Shown here piece after piece: positions 27,581 to 36,825 of a DNA stretch of 64,000 nt (its first letter is position 1; every line of letters starts with the position of its first letter). The notes below the pieces were generated by a model. It searched no databases. It worked only from the letters and a program-made list of their open reading frames with translations, and was not told the DNA's origin. The DNA comes from an uncultured Acidobacteriota bacterium (GTDB taxonomy: Bacteria; Acidobacteriota; Thermoanaerobaculia; UBA5066; Gp7-AA6). The stretch is taken from positions 512,001 to 576,000 of the forward strand of contig CAVXTP010000022.1 of the NCBI GenBank assembly GCA_963764715.1. Reading direction: 5' to 3'. Made by a program: the position numbers and the translations under genes.

Positions 27581-28963
27581 ATGAGCGCCAAGCCCGAAAA
27601 GACCCAGCCTCCCGCCGCTCCGGGCGTGCACCCGCGGCGCTGGTGGAGCTTTCGTCCCGCCTCCGACCGGCAGGCCGGCGACGCGATCGTGTCCAACTTC
27701 ATGCTGCACTGGTTCCCGGCCAAGAGCTTCAAAGCCTCGATGGCGTGGAGCTACTCCTTCTGGCTCGGCACGGTCTCCGCGGCGCTCCTCTTCCTGCTCG
27801 TCCTCTCGGGCCTGCCGCTCCTCTTCCTCTACATCCCCTCGGTCGAGCGCGCCTACGCCTCGGTCAAGGACATCGAGTACGTCATCACGTTCGGCTCGTG
27901 GATCCGCGCGGTGCACCGGATCTCGGCGCACCTGATGGTGGCCGCGGTCTTCCTCCACCTCGTCCGGGTCTTCCTGACCGGCGCCTACAAGAACGGCGTC
28001 GTGAGGGGGGCCGGAGGGGACCAACGGTCCCCCCTTCATGGAAGCGGCCAGAAGCGGCAATGGAACTGGGTCATCGGCGTCGTGATGCTGCTCCTGACCC
28101 TCTTCCTCTCGTTCACCGGGTACCTCCTTCCCTGGGACCAGCTCGCCTACTGGGCGGTCACGGTCGGAACCAACATCGCCTCCTCCGTCCCCTACGTCGG
28201 CCCCGCGATCCGGGAGCTCCTGATCGGGGGACGCACGATCGAGCAGGCGACGCTCATCCGGTTCTACGTCCTCCACGTCCTCTTCCTGCCGATGCTCATC
28301 GGCGTCCTCTTCGGCTACCACATGTGGCGCGTCCGGAAGGACGGCGGGCTCGCCCGCGCCGACGGCGCGCGGCTCGCGGAATCCAAGACCGACGCCCCTC
28401 CCTCGAAGTCCAAGACGTACACGCTCCTCGGCATCGCCCGGGGGACGTCGCCGCACGTGAAGGCCTCGACGCTCGAGGCCCCCGAGACGACCGTCAACTC
28501 CGTCCCGGACCTGACGCGCCGCATCGCGATCGTGATCCTCGGGACGATCGCGCTCGTCGGCATCCTCTCGGTCTTCGTCCGCTCGCCGCTCGAGGAGCCG
28601 GCGAACCCGCTGATCACGCCGAACCCCGCCAAGGCGCCCTGGTATTTCCTGTGGCTCCAGGAAATCGTGACCGACACGACGGTCCACATCGGCTCCTTCA
28701 CGATCAACGGCGCGTTCCTCGGCGGGGTCCTGCTGCCGGGCGCGCTCCTCGCCCTGATGACCATCTGGCCGTGGCTCGACCGGAGCCCCGCCGCCGCGAC
28801 GGGCGCCTGGTTCGCGAAGACCCGCCGCCGGCAGAACCTCCTCTTCCTCCTTCTCGTCGCGGCCGTGCTCGCCCTGACGGTCGTCGGCACCTTCCTGCGC
28901 GGCCCCTACTGGCACTTCTACTGGCCCTGGCAGCCCTGGCCCGAGCTGCCCTCGAGGATCTGA
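27581..28963 (+). CDS. Cytochrome b (fused b6 + subunit IV type)
   Basis: Heme ligands HRISAHLMVAAVFLH and LHVLFLPMLIGVLFGYH; TGYLLPWDQ; PEWY-equivalent KAPWYF. Confidence 0.93.
   Translation: MSAKPEKTQPPAAPGVHPRRWWSFRPASDRQAGDAIVSNFMLHWFPAKSFKASMAWSYSFWLGTVSAALLFLLVLSGLPLLFLYIPSVERAYASVKDIEYVITFGSWIRAVHRISAHLMVAAVFLHLVRVFLTGAYKNGVVRGAGGDQRSPLHGSGQKRQWNWVIGVVMLLLTLFLSFTGYLLPWDQLAYWAVTVGTNIASSVPYVGPAIRELLIGGRTIEQATLIRFYVLHVLFLPMLIGVLFGYHMWRVRKDGGLARADGARLAESKTDAPPSKSKTYTLLGIARGTSPHVKASTLEAPETTVNSVPDLTRRIAIVILGTIALVGILSVFVRSPLEEPANPLITPNPAKAPWYFLWLQEIVTDTTVHIGSFTINGAFLGGVLLPGALLALMTIWPWLDRSPAAATGAWFAKTRRRQNLLFLLLVAAVLALTVVGTFLRGPYWHFYWPWQPWPELPSRI
28001..28039. repeat. 39-bp palindromic element in frame inside cytochrome b
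   Basis: GTGAGGGGGGCCGGAGGGGACCAACGGTCCCCCCTTCAT with inner stem GGGGACC-AAC-GGTCCCC; codons atypical for this gene. Confidence 0.6.
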
Positions 28964-28964
28964 C

Positions 28965-30191
28965 ATGGAACAGAGAACCGATTCCCCCTATCCGAAGAAG
29001 GACCGGCCGATCCTCGCGATCGTCGGCGTGCTGCTCGTCGTCTCGACGGTCCTCTTCGCGTGGAGCGACCGCAAGCACGACTGGCGCTACTACCAGTACG
29101 CCTTCCGCGCCCAGGTGACCGAGAAGCTCGGGGCGGAGAAGGCCGCGACCATCCCGAAGGGCGTCCAACAGATCTGGGTCTCCGAGATGCGCCGCGCCGA
29201 CCGCTGCATCACCTGTCACCAGGCGATGCTCTGGAAGGGCTTCGAGAAGGCCGAGAACCCCTACAAGTCGCACCCCGTCGAGCCCCTCAAGGGGCATCCA
29301 ATCGAGAAGTACGGCTGCACCGCCTGCCACGGCGGCCAGGGCTGGGCCATCGACGACGTCGCCGCGCACGGCCCGGTCGAGCACTGGGAGGAGCCCCTCC
29401 TGGGGTCGCAGCTCGGCGAGGCCTACACGCTCTCGGCCCAGAAGTCGGCGCTCATGCAGATGAACTGCAACGTGTGCCACCGCTTCGACCGCGAGACGAA
29501 GGGGGCCGACGAGATCAACCTGGCGAAGAAGCTCGTCCTCGAGAAGGGCTGCCGCGCCTGCCACGTGATCAACGGCCGCGGCGGAACGATCGGCCCCGAC
29601 CTCACGTGGGTCGGCGACAAGGCACCCGAGCAGTACGAGTACGGGCGGCTCTCGGGCCAGAAGAGCGCCTACGCCTGGCACGTCGCCCACTTCAAGGACC
29701 CCCGGGCCCTCGTGCCGGAGACGGTCATGCCGAACTTCCACTTCACCACCCGCGACGCCCAGGCGCTGGCGATGCTGGCGCTCTCGTGGCGGCGCGCGCC
29801 GATTCCGGCCGACTACCGGCCGGGGCTCCCCCGCACCGACCCCCAGACCCCGGAGGAGATCGCCGAAGAGCAGCGGATGAAGACCGGCCCCGGCGCCTGG
29901 TTCGTCAAGACGGGCTGCTTCGTCTGCCACTCCATCCAGTCGCTCGGGGTCAAGAGCCCGGCCCAGATCGGGCCCGATCTCTCGACGGCGGTCGAGGACA
30001 CGCAGGCGCGCTTCGGCCGCACGGTCGACGACTTCCTCCGCGAGCCGACGGGAACGATGGCCGTCGTGCTGTCGCGCCAGATCGTGCTGACGCCGCAGGA
30101 GAAGGAGATCGCCGTCCAGAAGCTGCGGGAGGCGTTCGCCGAGCACCAGAAACAGAAGGCCGAGGGAAAACCCGAAGCCGGCGGCCATTGA
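28965..30191 (+). CDS. Membrane-anchored pentaheme cytochrome c
   Basis: N-terminal TM helix; five CxxCH motifs (CITCH, CTACH, CNVCH, CRACH, CFVCH). Confidence 0.92.
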   Translation: MEQRTDSPYPKKDRPILAIVGVLLVVSTVLFAWSDRKHDWRYYQYAFRAQVTEKLGAEKAATIPKGVQQIWVSEMRRADRCITCHQAMLWKGFEKAENPYKSHPVEPLKGHPIEKYGCTACHGGQGWAIDDVAAHGPVEHWEEPLLGSQLGEAYTLSAQKSALMQMNCNVCHRFDRETKGADEINLAKKLVLEKGCRACHVINGRGGTIGPDLTWVGDKAPEQYEYGRLSGQKSAYAWHVAHFKDPRALVPETVMPNFHFTTRDAQALAMLALSWRRAPIPADYRPGLPRTDPQTPEEIAEEQRMKTGPGAWFVKTGCFVCHSIQSLGVKSPAQIGPDLSTAVEDTQARFGRTVDDFLREPTGTMAVVLSRQIVLTPQEKEIAVQKLREAFAEHQKQKAEGKPEAGGH

Positions 30192-30222
30192 AACGGTAAC
30201 CCGAGAGGGAAGGAGAACGACG

Positions 30223-32106
30223 ATGAGTCAGACGAGGAAGAGCTGGATCACATGGAGCGCTCTCGCGGTCTTCGCGGTCGCCGCCGCGCTCGCCGGCCGC
30301 TGCGCGCCGAGCGCGCCGAAGGCCGGGGGCAAGAAGGGCGCCCCCGCCGGCGCGTCGGACCTCGCGGTCGCGGCGCAGAAGACCTACGTCCCGCCCGGAG
30401 ACCTCGACGAGTACTACATGTTCGCCTCGGGCGGACACTCGGGCCAGGTCTACGTCTACGGGATCCCGTCGATGCGCCACCTCTCGACGATCCCGGTCTA
30501 CACGCCCTACCCCGCCACCGGCTACGGCTTCGACGACGAGTCGAAGGCGATGCTCGGCGGCCGGCTGACGTGGGGCGACGTTCACCATCCGTCCCTCTCG
30601 GAGACGGGCGGCGACTACGACGGACGCTGGCTCTTCGTCAACGACATGAACGGCCGGGTCGCCCGCATCGACCTGCGCGACTTCAAGACCAAGCAGATCT
30701 TCGGACCCATGCCCAACATCTCGGGCAATCACGGTTCGGCTTTCGTCACGCCCAACACCGAGTACTCGGTCATGGCCTCGCGCTTTTCGATCCCGATCCC
30801 CAAGGGAACCGCCGCCCCGATCGACAATTACGCCACCGACTACAAGGGCGTCGTCGCCGCCGTGAAGATCGACCCGAAGACCGGCGAGATGACGCAGGGC
30901 TTCGAGATTCTCATGCCTCCCTTCGACTACGACCTCGGCGACGCCGGGAAAAAGGCCTCGGACGGCTGGATGTTCTTCACCTGCTACAACTCCGAGCGCG
31001 CGACCGGAAAGCTCGAGGTCACGGCCTCGCAGCGGGACCGGGACTACATCGCCGCCGTCGACTGGAAGGCCGCCGAGAAGGCGATCGCCGAGGGCAAGGG
31101 CGACATGATCGGCGGCGTCAAGGTCCTCGATCCGCGGAAGGTCCCCGGGCTCGTCTACTTCATGCCCTGCGGAAAGTCCCCCCACGGCGTCGACGTCTCG
31201 CCGGACGGCAAGTACATCATCGGCTCGGGCAAGCTCCAGGGCGTGACGACGGCCTTCAATTTCGAGAAGGTCCAGACCGCCATCCGCAACAAGGACTTCA
31301 CGGGCGACGAGGACGGGATCCCGGTCCTCAAGTACGAGTCGATCAAGGACGCGGAAGTCCCGGTCGGGCTCGGACCGCTCCACACCCAGTTCGGACCCAA
31401 CGGCGAGTGCTACACCTCGCTCTTCGTCGACAGCGCGATCGCCAAGTGGAAGCTCGGGACCTGGGAAGTGATCGACAAGGTCCCGATGTCGTACTCCATC
31501 GGGCACCTGGCGGCGGCCGAGGGCGACACCGTCTCTCCGGACGGCAAGTACCTCGTCGGACTGAACAAGCTGTCCCACGGCCGGCATCTCTCGGTCGGGC
31601 CGTCCCAGCCCGAGTCGTCGCAGCTCGTCGACATCTCCGAAGAGAAGATGAAGATCCTCTACGACGCCTTCACGGAGCCGGAGCCTCATTACGCGCAGAT
31701 CATCAAGGCCGACAAGATCAAGCCGATCGAGGTCTATCCGAAGGACGAGAACAAGAACCCGAACGCGATCTGGGACGTCAAGGATGCGGGCGTCACGCGC
31801 AAGGGCAGCGAGGTCCTCGCGAAGGTCGTCCTCGTCCGCTCGACGATCTCGCCGACGGCGATCGAGGTTGAAGAGGGCGACACGGTCAAGGTGGTCATGA
31901 CCAACATCGAGCAGACGACCGATGAGCTCCACGGGTTCGGCCTCCTCGACTACAACATCAACATCGTCTGCGACCCCGGCGAGACCAAGACCGTCACCTT
32001 CAAGGCCGACAAGCCGGGCGTCTTCCCCTACTACTGCACGAATTTCTGCTCCGCCCTCCACCAGGAGATGCAGGGCTACCTCATCGTCAGGCCCAAAAAG
32101 GGCTGA
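30223..32106 (+). CDS. nosZ: Nitrous oxide reductase, clade II (Sec-dependent, no C-terminal cytochrome c)
   Basis: SGGHSGQ; CuZ His motifs DVHH, GNHG, SPHG, GPLHT, IGHL, EPH; CuA HGF...CTNFCSALHQEM; no twin-Arg signal. Confidence 0.97.
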   Translation: MSQTRKSWITWSALAVFAVAAALAGRCAPSAPKAGGKKGAPAGASDLAVAAQKTYVPPGDLDEYYMFASGGHSGQVYVYGIPSMRHLSTIPVYTPYPATGYGFDDESKAMLGGRLTWGDVHHPSLSETGGDYDGRWLFVNDMNGRVARIDLRDFKTKQIFGPMPNISGNHGSAFVTPNTEYSVMASRFSIPIPKGTAAPIDNYATDYKGVVAAVKIDPKTGEMTQGFEILMPPFDYDLGDAGKKASDGWMFFTCYNSERATGKLEVTASQRDRDYIAAVDWKAAEKAIAEGKGDMIGGVKVLDPRKVPGLVYFMPCGKSPHGVDVSPDGKYIIGSGKLQGVTTAFNFEKVQTAIRNKDFTGDEDGIPVLKYESIKDAEVPVGLGPLHTQFGPNGECYTSLFVDSAIAKWKLGTWEVIDKVPMSYSIGHLAAAEGDTVSPDGKYLVGLNKLSHGRHLSVGPSQPESSQLVDISEEKMKILYDAFTEPEPHYAQIIKADKIKPIEVYPKDENKNPNAIWDVKDAGVTRKGSEVLAKVVLVRSTISPTAIEVEEGDTVKVVMTNIEQTTDELHGFGLLDYNINIVCDPGETKTVTFKADKPGVFPYYCTNFCSALHQEMQGYLIVRPKKG

Positions 32107-32119
32107 CCCGTCCCGAGAA

Positions 32120-32152
32120 CCGGGCGGCGGAACTCCTCCCCCCGCCGCCCGG
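32120..32152 (+). terminator. 11-bp GC hairpin after nosZ (partial terminator or mRNA stabiliser)
   Basis: CCGGGCGGCGG-N11-CCGCCGCCCGG with no U-tract. Confidence 0.6.
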
Positions 32153-32170
32153 AACTCACAGGAGATCCCC

Positions 32171-32821
32171 ATGAAGGCCATCCTCGAACGGAGCAACCGG
32201 GCGCTCGAACTGCCGCTGGACCTGCTCCCGCGACTGCTGCTTCTGGTGGCCGCGCTGCTTCTCGTCCCGACTTACCTGATGCCGCTCTGGAAGCTGACGA
32301 TGTTCGCGCCGCAGTACCCGGACGGCCTGCGCCTGAACATCCACAGCTACAAACTCGAGGGCGGCAACGCCGGCCAGGACGTCAAGGAAATCAACATCCT
32401 CAATCACTACATCGGGATGAGGGACCTGACGACGGCCGACTTCACCGAATTCAAGTGGATGCCGTTCGTCATCGGCATGCTGGGACTCCTCTTCCTTCGC
32501 GCCCTCTTTCACGGGAGAATCGGTGATCTGATCGACGTCGTCGTGCTGTACCTGTACTTCGGCCTCTTCTCGCTGTGGTCCTTTGGCTACAAGCTCTACT
32601 CGTACGGCCACAACCTCGCGCCGACCGCGTCGGTGAAGGTCCCGCCCTTCATGCCTCCGCTCTTCGGGTACAAGAAGCTCGCCAACTTCGAGGTCTACTC
32701 GTACCCCGCCGCCGCGTCTTACGCCCTCGCCGCCGTCGGCGTGGTCCTTCTCGCCGCCCTCGTGCTGGCCCGGCGCGAGGCCCGCCTCGAGGAGCACGAG
32801 GACGCCCGGACGGCCGGATGA
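32171..32821 (+). CDS. nosB: NosB membrane protein
   Basis: PLW...APQYPDGL...INILNHYIGM...EF.WMP...YGHNL; directly after clade II nosZ. Confidence 0.88.
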   Translation: MKAILERSNRALELPLDLLPRLLLLVAALLLVPTYLMPLWKLTMFAPQYPDGLRLNIHSYKLEGGNAGQDVKEINILNHYIGMRDLTTADFTEFKWMPFVIGMLGLLFLRALFHGRIGDLIDVVVLYLYFGLFSLWSFGYKLYSYGHNLAPTASVKVPPFMPPLFGYKKLANFEVYSYPAAASYALAAVGVVLLAALVLARREARLEEHEDARTAG

Positions 32822-34173
32822 TCCTGCCCGCCGTCGCCCTCCTCCTCGCCCTGTCCGCAGAGGAAATGACTTCCGCGACGGCGGCCTCCGTCGAGGGACG
32901 TCCCGCCGCCGGCGCCGTCTCGCCCCTCCAGGGGCGTGTCGACGCGGCCCCCGCGGGGTCCGTCCTCGAGATCGGGCCCGGCACCTACCGCGGCGACCTC
33001 TACATCGATCGTTCCATCACGCTCTCGGGACGCGGCCGCCCGAGGCTTCTGGGCTCGGGCACGGGAAGCGTCGTCCGCATCCGCGCCGCCGGCGTCGTCG
33101 TCCAGGGGTTCGACGTCGACGGGGGCGGAGGCGGGGATCTCGGGCGGGACGCCTCGGGAATCCACGTCGCGGCGAAGAACGTCACCGTGCGCGACTGCCG
33201 AATCACCAACGCCCTCTTCGGCGTGTACCTGCGCGAGGCCGACGGGTCGGCCGTCGAGCGCACCTCGATCCGGGGGATCCCGGGCAAGGACCCGGGCGAG
33301 AAAGGCTCCGGTATCCACGTCTGGAACACGAACGGCTTCCGCCTCGTCGGCAACACGATCGTCGACGTCCGCGACGGCTTCTACATCCAGTCCTCCGCGC
33401 ACGGCGTCATCCGCGGCAACACGGCGCGGGACCTGCGCTACGGGCTGCATTACATGTTCACGGACGACAACCTCTTCGAGGACAACACGTTCGAGAACGG
33501 CGCCGCCGGCACGGCGATCATGTACTCGAAGCGCATCGTCTTCCGGCGCAACCGCTTCCTGCACAACCGGGGGTTCGCGTCCGTGGGACTGCTGTTCAAG
33601 GCCTGCGAGGACGTCACGGCCGAGTCGAACCTCATCGCCGACAACGCGCGGGGGATCTTTCTCGAGGGGTCCTATCGCAATCTCTTCAAGGACAACGTCA
33701 TCGCCGAGTCCGACGTCGCGATCGTCCTCTACGACTCGTGCGCCGACAACCGCTTCGTCGGGAATCTCTTCCTCGGCAACATGACGCCGCTGACGCTCGT
33801 GGGCCGCCGGACCGACACCCGGTTCGACGGCAACTACTGGTCGGGCAACGGCGAGCCCGACCTCGACGGCGACGGCCGTAGCGACCGGCCCTATCGCCTC
33901 TCCTCGGTCTTCGACCACTTCCGCGGGAACCTGACGGCGGCCGACCTCTTCACGTCGAGCCTCGCCGCGTCCGCCCTCTCGGCCGCCGAGCGGGCGTTCC
34001 CCGTCCTCGAGCCCGTGACGGTGGAAGACCGGTCGCCGCTCGCCCGGCCGCCCGTCCTGCCATCCGTCCCGCGCCCGCCCCTTGCCCCTCGCGGCCGCAA
34101 CGCCGGCGCCCTCGCCGCCTGCGCCGCCGCCGTCGTTCTCGGGAGCGTCGCCGTCTGGGAAGGCCGCCGATGA
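32818..34173 (+). CDS. nosD: N2O reductase maturation protein NosD
   Basis: Beta-helix repeats, GSGIHVWN, RDG, RYGLHYMF, GNYWS and DLDGDG motifs. Confidence 0.93.
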   Translation: MILPAVALLLALSAEEMTSATAASVEGRPAAGAVSPLQGRVDAAPAGSVLEIGPGTYRGDLYIDRSITLSGRGRPRLLGSGTGSVVRIRAAGVVVQGFDVDGGGGGDLGRDASGIHVAAKNVTVRDCRITNALFGVYLREADGSAVERTSIRGIPGKDPGEKGSGIHVWNTNGFRLVGNTIVDVRDGFYIQSSAHGVIRGNTARDLRYGLHYMFTDDNLFEDNTFENGAAGTAIMYSKRIVFRRNRFLHNRGFASVGLLFKACEDVTAESNLIADNARGIFLEGSYRNLFKDNVIAESDVAIVLYDSCADNRFVGNLFLGNMTPLTLVGRRTDTRFDGNYWSGNGEPDLDGDGRSDRPYRLSSVFDHFRGNLTAADLFTSSLAASALSAAERAFPVLEPVTVEDRSPLARPPVLPSVPRPPLAPRGRNAGALAACAAAVVLGSVAVWEGRR

Positions 34174-35069
34174 TCCGGTTCAAGGACTTCTCGAAGACGT
34201 TCGGCGGGAATCGCGCCGTGGACGGAGTGACGTTCTCGGTCGAGCGCGGCGAGGCCGTCGCGCTCCTCGGGCCCAACGGCTCGGGCAAGACGACCACGCT
34301 GAAGGCCGCCGCCGGCCTCATCCGGCCGACGTCCGGCGAGGTTCGCGTGGGCGAGCCGCCCCGCTCGCCGCAGGAGCCCGAGGCGCGAAACGCCATCTCG
34401 TACCTCCCCCAGAAGGTCACGTTTCCGGAAGCCGTCACGGGCCGCGAGATCGTCGACTTCTATCGCCGGCTCCGCAACGTCGATCCCGTCCGGGTCGACG
34501 AGGTCTTCCACTTCGCCTCGTTGAACGGCGCCTCCGCGCGTCCGGTCGGCACTTACTCGGGCGGCATGCTGCAGCGCCTGGGTCTCGCGATCGCGGTCCT
34601 TCCCCAGGCGCCGATCCTGCTGCTCGACGAGCCGACCGCGGCCCTCGATCCCGACGGCCTCTGCGCGTTCTACGGCCTCGTCGAGCGGCGCCGCCGGGAA
34701 GGGCACACGCTGCTCTTCACGTCGCACCAGCTCGGCGACGTCGAGCGGCTCGCCGACCGTTTCGTGCTCCTCGTGGAGGGCCGCCTCGCGGCGTCGCTGA
34801 CCCAGCGCGAGCTCGCGGACCGCCTGTCGCAGCGCGGCGTCCTGCGCCTGCGCCTCGAGCGCCGCGTCCCGGGCCTCGTCGAGCAGCTCCGCGCATTTTC
34901 ACCGGCCGCCGTCTGGGCGGCGGGCGAGCTCGTCATCGCCGGCCCCGCGGCCGACCGTCCCCGGATCCTCGACGTCGTGCGCGCGGCGGGCGGGCAGATC
35001 GTCGGCCTCGCGGCCGAGGAGGGCCGGCTCGACCTTCTCTATCGCGAGCTCGTGCGAGGCGAGGCGTGA
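34170..35069 (+). CDS. nosF: ABC ATPase NosF
   Basis: GPNGSGKTT, YSGGMLQR and LLLDEPT motifs; nos context. Confidence 0.9.
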   Translation: MIRFKDFSKTFGGNRAVDGVTFSVERGEAVALLGPNGSGKTTTLKAAAGLIRPTSGEVRVGEPPRSPQEPEARNAISYLPQKVTFPEAVTGREIVDFYRRLRNVDPVRVDEVFHFASLNGASARPVGTYSGGMLQRLGLAIAVLPQAPILLLDEPTAALDPDGLCAFYGLVERRRREGHTLLFTSHQLGDVERLADRFVLLVEGRLAASLTQRELADRLSQRGVLRLRLERRVPGLVEQLRAFSPAAVWAAGELVIAGPAADRPRILDVVRAAGGQIVGLAAEEGRLDLLYRELVRGEA

Positions 35070-35527
35070 GAGCCCGAGGGCTCCTCGCCGCCCTCGCCAT
35101 GGTCCCGATGATCGCCTGTGCCGGCGGCGACCCGGCGCCGGCCGCCCTCGACACCCGCCACGAAACCTGCCGCTCGTGCCGGATGCCGGTTTCGGACCCG
35201 CATCTGGCGGCCCAGCTCACGGCCCCCGGCGAGGAACCGGCCTTCTTCGACGACATCGGCTGCCTGCGCGACTACGTTCGCGAGCACACGCCCGAGGCGG
35301 GGGCCGTCGCCTGGGTCGCCGATCACCGGACCGCCGGCTGGGTTCGAGCGGCCGCCGCGACGTATGCGCTCTGTCCGACGATCGAGACGCCGATGGGGTC
35401 GCACCTGATCGCCTGGGCCGACGCACCCTCGCGGCAGTCGGACTCCGCGGTGAAGAACTGTGCCTCGCGGTCCGCACCGGAAATCTTCGGAGCGAGCCCT
35501 CCCGACGGCCACAAGAGAGGCGGTTGA
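35066..35527 (+). CDS. nosL: Copper chaperone lipoprotein NosL
   Basis: Lipobox-like MIAC; CRSCRM, FDDIGC and TPMGS motifs. Confidence 0.9.
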   Translation: MRARGLLAALAMVPMIACAGGDPAPAALDTRHETCRSCRMPVSDPHLAAQLTAPGEEPAFFDDIGCLRDYVREHTPEAGAVAWVADHRTAGWVRAAAATYALCPTIETPMGSHLIAWADAPSRQSDSAVKNCASRSAPEIFGASPPDGHKRGG

Positions 35528-35529
35528 GA

Positions 35530-35979
35530 ATGGAAACCAAGATCCCCCAGTCGATCCAGATGGAGCACGAGGAGCTCCACGAGCAGCTTGCCCGCGCGAT
35601 CAAGGCGGGCGGGAAGACGGGCGAAGCGGCCCGCGCCGTCATGAAGGTGCTCCAGCCGCACATGGCGCGGGAAGAGGAGATCGTCGCGCCCTGTCTCGCC
35701 CTGCTCCGGCCGGCCGCCGAGGGCACGCTGACCGCGGAGATGGCCGAGGCCCTGTCGCGTGTCGCGCCCCTGAAGGCCGAGATGCCGCGCATGCTGGAGG
35801 AGCACGGTCGGATCGTGGACGCGCTGCGCGAGCTCATCCGGGTGGCCACCGAGGAGAACCAGCCCGGGTTCGCGAAGCTCGCCCAGATGCTCGTGGCCCA
35901 CGCCCAGGAAGAAGAGGAGATCCTCTACCCCGCCGCCATTCTGCTGGCGGAGGTTCTCAAGGCGAGGTTCGGCGCATGA
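35530..35979 (+). CDS. Hemerythrin-like (HHE) domain protein
   Basis: EHEELH, HMAREEE, EEHGRI and HAQEEEEILYP motifs. Confidence 0.82.
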   Translation: METKIPQSIQMEHEELHEQLARAIKAGGKTGEAARAVMKVLQPHMAREEEIVAPCLALLRPAAEGTLTAEMAEALSRVAPLKAEMPRMLEEHGRIVDALRELIRVATEENQPGFAKLAQMLVAHAQEEEEILYPAAILLAEVLKARFGA

Positions 35980-36821
35980 CCGCTCCCGACGCGAGGTCGG
36001 TCGTCCTTCTCTGCGCGCACCAGGAGCTGGTCCTCGCGGTCCGGTCGCGCTGGACCCAGATCTTCGCGGCCGTCTTCGCCGCGCTGTCGCTGGCGGTGGC
36101 CGCGTCCGGCTACGTGCTGTCGGGCGGCGCCGGATTGCAGGACTTCGCGAGGACCGCGGCCTCGCTCGTCCAGCTCGTTCTCCTCCTGACTCCCCTGACC
36201 TCGCTCGTGATCGGCGTCCTCGCGCTCGCCCCCGAGCGCGGCGCCGCGGAAATGCTCTTCTCGCAGCCGGTCTCGCGGCGCGCGATCCTGCTCGGCCGCC
36301 TCCTCGGCCTCTTCGCCGCCCTCGCCGCGGCGCAGGCGATCGGCCTCGGGGGAGCCGGCCTTCTCGTCTTCTCCCGCGCCGGAGGCACCGGGGCGGCCGG
36401 CTACGGCATCCTGTTCCTCGGCGCCCTCGTGCTGACCGCCGTCTTCCTCGGAATCGCCGCGCTGCTCGTCTCCGGAGGGGTCGGCCGACGCGCGAAGTCC
36501 CTCGCCGTCGCCCTGATCGTCTGGTTCGGCGCCGTCGTCCTCTTCGACGTCGCGGCCCTCGGTGTCGCGTCCCTGCTCGGCTCGACCGCCGCTTCGCGGC
36601 TTCTCATCGCGGCCGTGCTGGTCAATCCCATCGACGCTTTCCGCACGGGCGCCCTCCTCGCAATCCAGGGCACGACGGCGTTCGGCGGCGCGTCCCTCGC
36701 CCTCCTGCGATTCACGCGGGGCCCCGGCGGAGCCGCGGCGCTGCTCGGGCTGTCCGCGGTCCTCTGGCTCGTGCTGCCGGCGGCCTTCGCCGCCCGACGG
36801 CTCGAACGCGCCGACCTCTGA
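35976..36821 (+). CDS. nosY: ABC permease NosY
   Basis: Multi-TM protein with E.LFSQPVSR and NPIDAFR; nos context. Confidence 0.88.
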   Translation: MTAPDARSVVLLCAHQELVLAVRSRWTQIFAAVFAALSLAVAASGYVLSGGAGLQDFARTAASLVQLVLLLTPLTSLVIGVLALAPERGAAEMLFSQPVSRRAILLGRLLGLFAALAAAQAIGLGGAGLLVFSRAGGTGAAGYGILFLGALVLTAVFLGIAALLVSGGVGRRAKSLAVALIVWFGAVVLFDVAALGVASLLGSTAASRLLIAAVLVNPIDAFRTGALLAIQGTTAFGGASLALLRFTRGPGGAAALLGLSAVLWLVLPAAFAARRLERADL

Positions 36822-36825
36822 GGTC

